A stretch of 64,000 nucleotides of DNA from Nageia nagi. Taxonomy: Eukaryota; Plantae; Pinophyta. The DNA lies in NCBI GenBank assembly GCA_050084985.1, contig JBITNC010000002.1, positions 3,968,001 through 4,032,000 on the forward strand. Reading direction: 5' to 3'. Each line of letters starts with the position of its first letter. Position 1 is the first letter of the stretch. The notes beneath the pieces were generated by a model, which saw nothing but the letters and a program-made list of their open reading frames with translations, had not been told where the DNA came from and did not search any database. The position numbers and the translations under genes were made by a program. This document shows positions 13,053 through 23,954 of this stretch, piece by piece.

Positions 13053-13699
13053 TTGAATTTAGGTTTGACCCTAGCTTGGAAAAGGCTTGGTGGACCAAGT
13101 ACTAGCTTTGGACCTGCACCTTCTTGTTCATGGTAATGGTAGAGATGAATACAAACTTTCAATAGATGTTAGATCTAGTGTTTTGAGGAGTTTTTTCATC
13201 AAATTAAAACCCATTACAAGTCAAGGAGTCCATATTACAAATATGTAAATTCTTTAACAATTTGATTATATTTCCTATTTATAAAGTAATTTTTAATGAA
13301 ATTGATCCTTATACTCGAAAAAATTAGGTTTTACAACTTTTTAATAACTTTTTTTTGGGAGAATTAAGAAAAATAAATTATATGTTAATAATATACAGAT
13401 AATTCTCTATTAAATTAAAAAAACTAAAAAATGATAAGTTTAGGTCAAATTATATGCTTGTTGTAGAAGACCATGGTATGTTAATAAAATGGTACATTTT
13501 AAATAATAGCTTTTAGAAGTACCTATCATAAATCAATTTCTATCAACTGAGTATTGCAATAAATTATATATTTAGAAACTACACTCCAAGAACTATATTT
13601 TCAACCTAGTGACATTTTTCAAGATTCTATCTCTAAGGGCTTCAAAAGTTGAGATCAATTATGGAAAACACGTCCACTTTTTGGCCATTTTATGGACCC

Positions 13700-14300
13700 A
13701 TATTATTGCACTTACCCAAAACACTTGCCATTATATATAGCTATTTTAGTTGAAGTCCATTTGTTGGGAGGACAGTGAGTCAATGATACTCTTTTTGATT
13801 GGTATTTTTGATGTGCGATGTGCATACCATGGAGTGTAATAATTACGAAATATCACCCATTTTGCTGTAATATCATCCTTGTTAGTAATAAAATCATCTT
13901 GAATGTTATGCAATAGATGAAATAGAAGCAACTCTATCAAACAAAAATCATGATAATAAAGTTTATCCTTTAAAGGAATGGTTGGAAACCTTGGTGAGAC
14001 TCTGATAATTGTAGTTATGGAAAGTTATTTCCATGGTGTAGATTTATGAGCTACTTTAAATATCTAACTTCTAGTGAATTCAATAAGTGACATTATATTC
14101 ATAAATGCATGTCAGGTCATATATACATCAATGAAGGTTGTGGAAGATGAAGGGGAAGTATTCTAGTGTGATATACATTCAAAGTTTTTTTGGTTAACAT
14201 TTAAAGAAAAGAATGTTCTTTTACATATGGTCAATGGTAGTTTTAGTAGAAGGTGGCATATTTCTTGGGAAAATATATCACATTCGATAACTTTGCTCAC
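13700..14300 (-). pseudogene. Helentron/Helitron2-like Rep-helicase linker remnant (upstream part of the element at 1-1404)
   Basis: IECDIFSQEICHLLLKLPLTICKRTFFSLNV (~14290-14198; RDxSAQExxHLLLxLPL..S..F..LN motif) and DFCLIELLLF (~13950-13920). Same strand as the 1-1404 helicase and abuts the Sola2 TSD. Confidence 0.7.
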
Positions 14301-17126
14301 TTCAATACTGACATGAAAAAAGGATTTACCAATTGCCATTTGCTAGAATGCCAAGCACACAAAAAATATCCTCTAATTGTGATCCCTAACAATGTCAGGT
14401 TATACCTCTCCCATTTAAACCACTCACCATATTTCTCTTAAATCATTCTGAAACTAATAGACAAATTTTCAAATTTCATTCCAATTGAAATATTTCTTAG
14501 CAAATTAAATAAATCTCTATCGTTTAACACCTAAAACTTAATCTATAATAATTTGCGTAACAACCCTATCTATTAGTTTCATCTATGTTGAACCATTTAT
14601 GATCTAAATCAATTTTGAGTACTTTACGTTGCGAATACATATTGTAGATAGTCTTCATATTTCCCTTTATACATACCTCATAAATCATATCAAAAGAAAA
14701 TTATGATGGGCAAGGAACCCTAGCTTCCATACAAAAGATAATAATTTTTTGAATTTGTTCTTTAAAATAGTGACTATGCTCCTCAATATTATTTATTATC
14801 TCATCACATATTTTTGTTTCACATATCTTACACCATAATAAAATATTTGATTTTCTATTAGTAATATCCATGTTTAAGATACTGCAATTTACTTTCAAAA
14901 GTATTAAAGAATAACGATTATTGGTAGGTTATAAGTGAATAGTTATAATTTAATAAAATATAAGTGTGTAATATTAGGAAAAATACTCTATCACACAATA
15001 ATAATTCAGAATTGGCTTACATGTTTATAAAAATAAATATTTATTGTAAATATTATCTTCTTGTAATCATACTACATTAATTATGTATTTGTACCTATAG
15101 AAATTATAATGTAATAAAATATTTTTTATGTTCTTCATAAGAAAGAATATTACATTCAATCAAATAAAAGTTAAAAGAAAATAATAAGATAAATATTGAG
15201 GTACAATTCTCTTAATATATTATTATAAAACAAAATAACATCCACATAAGAAATATTTTATTATTCAAATGGAAAATATTATATTCAATCAAATAAAAAC
15301 TATTATATACAATATTTACAAATGAAATTAAATTATTCAATAAAGATAAGTTAATATATATTTGAAAGTATGATATTGCATTATCATTTTTTAAAAGATC
15401 ATATTTACAATTAATAATACATGTTATTATGGTCAATTTATTTTTAATATTTTTTAATTCATTTATATATGTTATAAAAAAAATTATATTAGATAATTGA
15501 AATAATCGATTAGTTAGAAGATATGATATGATAGTATGCACCACTAGTATAATGATCTTATTTTTCTTATCAATGATATAAAAATATTGGTAAAATATGT
15601 TATTCACAACATGGTAATAATAGAATAGTTGAATATATAAATATTATATTATTAAAAAATTAACTAGTATACAAATAGATATTTTTTAAACAAATAATAA
15701 GATCTTTTATAATATTATATTCAATATGTAAATTTATTTTATACATGTATGAGTATAAATATAAATTACAATGATTCATTTTCCAAAAGTTCCTCTATTT
15801 TATAATAAAAATATAATTTTGTATATAATATTTTTAAACTACATCCTATAGAAAATAAACTAATAAATAAGAAATCATGCATAAGTAAATAATTCCCATA
15901 AATTTTTCAAATACTCATATAGTGTATGTCCATTTAAAAAAATATATAATCTACATGTTAAATTATCACTATTTTATACAAGATATAGATGTAAGAAAAA
16001 ATATAAGAAATAAAATTAGATATTAGCATAATCATTTTTATCATTGTTTGTGTCATTCAAGCATTTTAAACGACCAAAAGAAAAACTAGAACCATGTTTA
16101 TAATTAAATATTTGACAAAACAAAATAATATTTAAATAAAACTTCATCTATGTGTATTTTAATGTATAATCTTACAATATCATATTTCAAAAGTATTTAT
16201 AATGAACAACATATATATTACTATGAAATTTTTTTAATAACGATACTTAATTCCTTTATAGTTGTTACCTTTTTTATTATTAGATAAGTAATATAATAAA
16301 ACATTATCTTCTTGTAATCATAAGACATTAATTAAAAAATTAAAAATTAAATCCAATGGTTAAAAACTATTTCATGATCGAACCTTCTCTCTAATAAATT
16401 TTCAACCATGGATTTGAAAACATAGAGTACCTTGTACATTACATCAACATTTAAAAAAATGTATAATTTATTAAGCAATTTATAGTTTAAAAAGAAATTA
16501 TTATATGCAAATATTTAGGAATAAACTTAACTTTGGTTCATCTTCTGAACCAACATAATGTATCATGGAAGAAATTTGATTTTTGGGAATTAATATGATT
16601 GATCTCATGGACCATGTTTCTATGTTATCAAGTATAATCGTTTATTAAAGTGATGTTCAAATCACATTATATATATATAATCTAATTAATTACTCAATGA
16701 TTAAATTCAAAATTTTATTGTTCATATAATCTATAAATATTACTTTTTAACTAAATTAATTAATTCAAATAATATCTTACATGTTTAATATTTAGATTAG
16801 TTAAATTATGAATTGTACTTTAAATTTAAGTTTGCCTAATATTTTATTAGGGTTATTCAATTTATTGCCAAATATTAAAATATTATAAAATAAAAAATTA
16901 ACATAATTAGAAATTGTTTTAATAGCCATCATGTATTCTAACTACATCAACAAGATCATCTTCAAGTTTTAACTTATTTGAAAGCTCATGACATCAAAAT
17001 TTGTATACCGACTTAAGTACTAGACGAGTAATGAATGAATTCTCATAAATACAACACTATTTGTATATTGAATCTTCTTAATCGAGATTAAGATCCAAAA
17101 GAAGTATTGCACATTATTTATGCATA

Positions 17127-18420
17127 TTGAATCTATGTGCCAATGCTTATGAAGAACCTCTCAGAATGATTGTACAAGGAAATGTAGGAATAGGAAAGTC
17201 ACACCTAATTACAAGCATCAAATTTATGCTTCAAACATCAACTCCAGATGGTCAATCACCATTGCTACTTCTTGCACCAACAAGTGTTGCAGCATTCAAC
17301 AAAGCAGCTTTAATAATTCATTCTGCACTTTGAATACCCATAAGAGAGAAATAACCGCCCTACAGGGTGAATCACTTGCAAACTTTCAAGAAACGATGTA
17401 CTTTATTCAATACATTATTATCGATGAAATGAGTTTCATTGGTCCAAAAATAATGAAACAAATAAACCAAAGGTTATGAGAAGATTTTCCTACGAACAAT
17501 TAAATTCCTTTTGGTGGGCGTTCTATAATCCTCGTGACTTAGCACAACTACCACCAGTAAAATACATCCTAATGTATGCTTCAACTTCTTATGGAGGAAC
17601 ACTATGGCGTAGCTTCGCAATAGTTGTAACATTGAGAAAAAAATTTCGTTAAAGTGGTGATGATCCTATCCAGATTCAATTTCGTGAACTTCTATCAAAT
17701 AAGTGCAGAACCTACAGTTGCAAATTGGTAAACTCTAATGTCATGTAAAAACTCTAATCTCACTCCTATCGAGAAATCCAAATTCTTCTCCTCCATGCAT
17801 CTTTATTCAGCAAACGAAATGGTTTCACTACATAACAAACATATGTTGTTATCATTATAAAAACATGTAGCCATTTCATTGTAGAGCAAAAACAGCACCT
17901 AACATTTTCAAATCTAGACGACGAGCAACTTCAATCACAATTATTCTTTTGCATTGACCAAGGGGTTATGTTGTGTTCAAACTTATGAGTAGAAATAGGA
18001 CTTGTTAATGGTGCACTTCGATAAGTGAAATCAATTATTTATAGGGAAAGTGAAAAGCCACCATAAATTCAATTATTTGTTATTGTTCAATAACAAAATT
18101 ATATTGGACCATTTTGGGATCAAAATAACCCAAAATATGTTCCTATATACCCATTGAGTTATGGTCAATGACGATAAGTCCCATTGAAAATGGCATAGAC
18201 CTTAACAATACATAAATCATAGGGGCTTACACTTGAAAAAAACAATTGTTGATATTGACAACACTGATCAACAAGGCCTTACTTTTATAGCTATTTCAAG
18301 AGTTCATGGACTATCTTGTCTACAAATACATCCTAGATTCACATTCCAAAGATATGCATGCATGGGAGTTAATGCAAATGTTAGTCATTGCAAAAAATAA
18401 GAGGAATGCTTGATGTCATT
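17127..18420 (+). pseudogene. Second PIF1-family helicase remnant, same family as 1-1404
   Basis: LRMIVQGNVGIGKSHLI (Walker A), LLLLAPTSVAAFN..IHSAL, IIIDEMSFIG, FGGRSII..DLAQLPP, GLVNGA, PLKMA*TLTIHKS*GL and AISRV. Multiple stops; no Rep domain seen upstream. Confidence 0.9.
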
Positions 18421-19670
18421 ATCAAATGTTAACACATGAAATAAAAGTTACCTTTTTCAAATAACATTATTATATATTTTTGCTTTTCAAACATAAATAT
18501 TTAAGTTCTAAACTTTGATGACCATTTCTATTTCTACAGTGCATTATTTGAATTATTATGTTTACATAATAACTAAGAAATAAATTTTATGTAAATACAT
18601 AACTTAATATATGTTTACACTTTTCAAACAAATATTTTCCTTGTATTGATATATGATGCCATTACTCTTAATCAAGGTAATGACACAAAAAAATATTTCA
18701 ATATTACTTATCATGCTTATAATTATCATGTTCATTATTGATGTTTTGATGGTGTGATCAATACTTTCCATACTACAATTATACCTAATTTGTGCCACAC
18801 TTATAACTTAATTTAAACTTAACTTGCATTATTAAATTTATATTTGATCCTTATGTAATCATTAATGTATAAATTTATATACAAAATGCACATGAGATTC
18901 TTTTCCAATAAAAACAAACCCCTCAAATTGACGCATGTAGATCTCAACATCCAAATCACCATTAAGAAATGCACTTTTCACATCAAGTTGGAATATCTTC
19001 CAACCTTGGGCAGCTGAAAGGGAAAGGATACGTCTAACTATAGACATATTTGCAATTGGAGTATAGGTTTTCTCATAATCAACACCATATTTTTAAGCAA
19101 AACCTTTAGCCATCAACCTTGCCTTATATTTCTCAATCTCACCTTCTAAGTTGAACTTAACTTTGTAAACCCATTTATTTCCAATCACATTCCTTGTGTT
19201 GGGATATGGAACCAAGTCCCAAGTTCCATTTTTCATAAGAGCTTCATATTCCATCTTCATAGCATCCATAAAATAAGAATGTTTATAAGCCTCCTTAAAG
19301 TTGGAAGGTTCATTATGACCTTCAATCTTGGAAACAAGAGACTTATGCAAAGTCGTACTTCTAGTTATTCTTTGAGTTAGAGAATTTTGCTCTTTTGGTG
19401 AATTATCTGAATTGTGATCCATCCATAGGCAATTCTGAAGGGTCTTTAAGAACTTCTCTTGAATAAGAATCACCAACATCTTCATTTAACTTCACATCCC
19501 TTAAAACAAACACTACTTTGGCTAAAGGAAAGTAAAGCCTATACCCTCTATGTTGACTATCATATCCCACAGATGCATTTCTCATATTTATCATCTAACT
19601 TCTTCCTCCTTTCTGAAACTATGAAGGAAAATACTTCACAACCAAAAATCCTTAGATGAGATATGTTAGG

Positions 19671-20656
19671 TGTAAACCCTCTAGAATAGCGAGACCCTAC
19701 ACTCAAGGTCCCTCCTCTCTAGGAAGGACCTACTTTGCAATGTCTAAAATATTACTTGAGAATGTGATTAGATCAATGATAAATAGATAAAAATGAAGAG
19801 AAATAGGGTTTAGAATATTTTTTCTTTCTTTGTACAATACCCACAACCTCCAATAACTTGCCAATAAGACAAAAGGCGAGGCTTCTAAGTCCTAGGTCCT
19901 TAATATCCTAGGACCATGCAAAGGGAGCTAAATGAGCTTGTAATCCCCCCACCTTGAATCAACAAGGCAATCAAAAATGGAATAATGACTATGATGCAAG
20001 CTAGCTTATGATTAAAGTAGATTAACAAGCACAAAATAAACTCGATTACCTTATCCTAAATCCACAAGGGACTAGCCTAAAGCAACTAATATGCAACCAT
20101 GCACCAAAACAGTAACAATAACACTAAAATATATATATGATTAACCTCTTTTTGATGTCTCCTCAAGATCCTACAAAAACACTCCAAGCAATCACTAGGT
20201 CCACAAAAAAAAAAAGACCAAGAATGTGTTACCCAAGGTTCCCTTGCAAGAAGAGGACAAGAATCCACTTTTTATTACTTTAGAAGTGATGGCTATAGCT
20301 CCAAGTGGAAGAATCTTGGCCAAAAGCTTGAATGGACAGTTTCAAGTGCGCATGGACAACAAGAAGTCATGATTTTTCTATTGCAAGAGTGAATGGAAGG
20401 AGAGAGGTAAATCTAATTTTGAATTTACTTTTATACAGGTTTAGTCGATGGGCTAGTTAGGGTTTAAACCTAACCGATTCGCTAATTAGGGTCCACAATC
20501 ATAAGATGGTAACAAACGGTCAAGTTACCAAAATCAACCACGTGAACGTGGTCAGAACGAGATGAAGGGCTGATGAAATTACAAAGAACTGCAAGACAAG
20601 TCGAATCATTATGAAGCTCCTAAGGTAGAAAAACAAACAATTTTGAGATGTCTACA
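19671..20656 (-). mobile_element. Solo LTR inserted in Copia 1 integrase
   Basis: TG..CA ends with flanks TTAGG/TTAGA (5-bp TSD, one mismatch). Removal restores GKK(P)NISHLRIFGC. Its minus-strand start tgtagacatctcaaaa resembles the LTR start at 62817. Confidence 0.85.
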
Positions 20657-21354
20657 TTAGATTTCTTACCTTTCCATAACTCATAAGGAGTTTTTCCTTC
20701 AATTACTTTTGTGGGACACCTATTCAAGGTATAGATAGATGTGTTTATTGCTTCACCCTATAGAAATTTAGGAATATTCCTCAACATGTATCTAACCATA
20801 TCCATTATGGACCTATTCTTCCTTTCTGCAACTCCATTTTGTTGTGAGGTATAAGGGATGGTCATGAAATGTCTTTTGATTCCATTCCTTGCACAAAATT
20901 CATTGAACTCATTGATAATGTACTCACCCCCATTATTTGATCTTAGCATCTTGATCCTTAGGTTGGTTTGATTTTCGACAAAGGCCATGAATTCTTTGAA
21001 CATCTCAAAGGTTTGATTTTTATGCTCAAGTAGATAACCAAAGGTCATTCTACTTAAGTCATCTATGAAGGTGAGAACATAGGAAGCTCCTCCAAGAGAC
21101 TTAACTTGAAATGGGCCCATTAAGTCCAAATGAATTAGTTGGAAAAGTTGATTAGCCCTTGTTGCCCTAGCTTTTTCAAACTTTTTCCTTTACATCTTTC
21201 CTAAGATGCAACTCTCACAAAGGCCAATGGTAGGAGAGATTAAAGGCAAACCTTCCACAAGATTTTTACTTTTCATGAGTTGAATGTTTTTTTGATTAAT
21301 ATGACCTAACCTTTGATGCCAAATATTTCCCTTAGAAAAGAAAGAAATTATACT

Positions 21355-22612
21355 AATGTCCACGGATGACCAAAAGCAATCAATGGGACTGAAAAGTAAA
21401 CAAGTCTATAGCAGCATGATGGGCATAGTGGCCCTCACTCAAAGCAAACTATGAAAATTCTAAGAACAATATAGGGGCTAATCCTAAAAAAAAAAAAAAA
21501 AGTCAAACAAAGCAACATAATAGGCAAACATGGTCAAAGGGGAGGTCTCTCATAATCTGTCTGACTATGCATTCTAGATCTTGTCTGTGTTTGCATCGAT
21601 GCTACTATCGCTAAAGAAGGTCGTGATCTATTGTGACCTCAAAGAACTAAGGTTGGTATGCACCCTTTATCTAGTACATCATGTTGGAATGTATAATGCA
21701 TTATTGTAAAGGTTTTATAATAATCTTCTATGTAAATTCACTAATACTTAAGGGTACCATTTGATACCTTAAGTATTTAAGTGAATATAATAATGTAACT
21801 TGTTCTACACTCCATGTCATGAGCATGCCCCTTGGGTAAAAGGATGTGCATGTCATGCTTTTTTACATTGGGTAAAAGGATGATCCAAAGAGGGATTTTG
21901 GCCTATAAATAGAAAGCTCCCTCTTTGGATCATACACCAATTTTTGGAGTAAAGTTATGCTAGATGATAGTGTTTAGGAGTTGAGATTAAGAGAATTGTA
22001 AGAGTTCATATTTGAGATTAAAAGAGATCTAGTTAGTGGATGTACTCCTAGTTGGAGGACCACTTACATCTTGTGTTATCTTTGTGATATTGCTTAGTGA
22101 GTTTGTTAGATGTGTATTGTGAGCTTTCATGTGACCTTGGGAGTTTAGAGGTGTTTAGTTTATAATTCAACTCTTTCACGTCAATTAGGTTGAGGTGAGT
22201 CCTCAATCCTCCTCCTATGAACATTCTCTCTTGAGGGAACTGGGAAGAAAGAGGTAATCAACCGATCACCTGTCGAGTGCTGGGAGGTAAATAATAGGCA
22301 TTTCCTAAGAAGGAAGGTCTCCCTGAGATAATGTCAAACAACGATGGTTTGGGAACTGAAAGAATTTCAAAATCGAGCTACGAACATCCCAAAAAAGTAG
22401 TGATACCGCCCATAGATCTCATAATAAATTGAACATCTAAAAATGAAATTATCCTTAATCTTAGGCTCTATCAAGCACAACTGACAAACTCGAATTTCAC
22501 ATGCAAAATGGTGATCAATCTCAATCCAAAGCTAATGGGAGCACACTCTGAACTAGCCTAGAAACATCTGCAAGCCAAGAGGGAGGTGTAGACGAATGTA
22601 ATAGAGCAAACA
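21355..22612. mobile_element. LTR-like insertion in Copia 1 (GAG-pre-integrase region)
   Basis: Non-Copia sequence separates NDLYIVD..CLA from KGNIWHQRLGH and ends ..caaaca at 22612. The left end and TSD are ambiguous. Confidence 0.55.
21682..22178 (+). mobile_element. Small (~500 bp) solo LTR nested in the 21355-22612 insertion
   Basis: tgttggaatg..ctctttca, TSD CATCA/CGTCA, TATA-like CTATAAAT at 21903. Homologous to 45328-45613 in reverse complement. Confidence 0.85.
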
Positions 22613-23954
22613 TTTATGGCTAGGCACATTTTTGTAGGCTCTTGGTCCACTATGTAGAGATCATTTTTATAGAGCCTTTTACTAAAGTGGCCAAACCTTT
22701 TTTTATACTCCAAGAGTTAGAATTAAACTCAAAGGAGTATCTTTTTCTTGCCAATTGAATGACTAAAATAAGATTCATTTTTAGTTGAGGTGCACAAAGC
22801 ACACTCTCAATAACTTTACCATGTATCAAAGTGCTCCCAATTCCATGGACTTCAAGCATACAATTATCGCTAATCACAACCCCATCCTTTATGTGTTTGT
22901 GAAAATTTTGAAACTTGTCTTTTTCAAAACACATATGGTTACTGCATCTAGAATCTACTATCCAATCATTTGAAGAAGTGTGAGTCATGGAGTAAAGGCC
23001 ACAAACAAAAGCACTTTTATTGTTTCTCTTTCCTTTGTTTGATTTCACTTTTCCTTTTATGTTTTCCTCTTTCTTTTTCTTGAAGCAATGAGACTCCTTG
23101 TGGCCATAAATACCACAAAAGTTATAGTTCCCATCAAACTTGACCTTGCCATTATTTGATTTTCCATTACCCTCATAATTCTTGTTGCCACCTTTCCTAC
23201 CATTCTTATGAGCATGAGAGTACTTATTATGATACTCTAGCTTGAAATGAGGCTTAGTTTCTCCCAAAGCAATGTTGTTATCCTTTGAAGTGGATCCCAG
23301 CACTTTCTTCTTCATAATCTCTTCATGCTTTAAGAGGAGCCTAGAGATATTCTCCAAAGAGAAGGGTTTCTATTCATCATCAAGCCTAGTCTCAATAACA
23401 ATCACAAAGTGACTAAATTTAGATGAGAGGCTTTGAAGGATGATGAAAATCATAACATTGTCATTGATCCAATTACAACTGCAAGCCACAAGATGGGTTC
23501 TAAGATCAATGATCTTGGTCAAGAATATTGCAACACTTTCATCCTCCCCTTGATGAGTCTACAGAAGTTGTTGGAGGATGGTAAACCTTCTCGGGAACTT
23601 TGACCCAAGATATATTTTCTTGAGTCGATCCCAAGCTTCTTTAGCAAAAGTTGCATTCGAGATCATAAGCAAGATCTCATCAAAAATAACATGAAAGATC
23701 ATTGAGGAAGCCAACTTATTCTTGTAGTTGTAAATTTCTAATGCTCTTGCTTCCGTTGGAGCTACTTGATCTTCACTAACAATTTGCCAAAGCTTATGAT
23801 CCTGAAGCTTCACCTTCATCCTAGGTTCCCAAATTCCATATTTGGAACTATCAAGGATATACTTTGGTGCAAAAGAAGATTCACCCATTTTCTACACAAG
23901 AAGATCAATTTAGATTAATAAAGCATTACACCTTTTTTTAAAAATTACAATTTG

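Larger units (their letters stand above)
1405..13699 (-). mobile_element. Sola2-like DNA transposon, 12.3 kb, decayed
   Basis: Left ATAT|GGGTCCA (1401-1411) and right TGGACCC|ATAT (13693-13703) give a 4-bp TSD and GRG..CYC termini. There is an internal DDD-type transposase remnant, subterminal palindrome clusters near both ends, and flanks that rejoin as one helicase element. Confidence 0.8.
18862..23888 (-). mobile_element. Ty1/Copia remnant 1 (gag-PR-IN-part RT; LTRs lost), interrupted by solo LTRs
   Basis: gag start MGESS..WEPRMK (23888), zinc knuckle and WIVDSRCSNHM (22650-23357), WHQRLGH (~21320), integrase DLMGP..IDD..QQNGVAERKNR (20758-21129), RT WDLVP..KWVYK..YKARL and QLDVKSAFLNG (19485-18862). 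Confidence 0.93.

Noticed and set aside
15212-15607. 131-aa ORF rich in I/N/F/Y/L
   Set aside because: Composition simply reflects extreme AT content; no motif.
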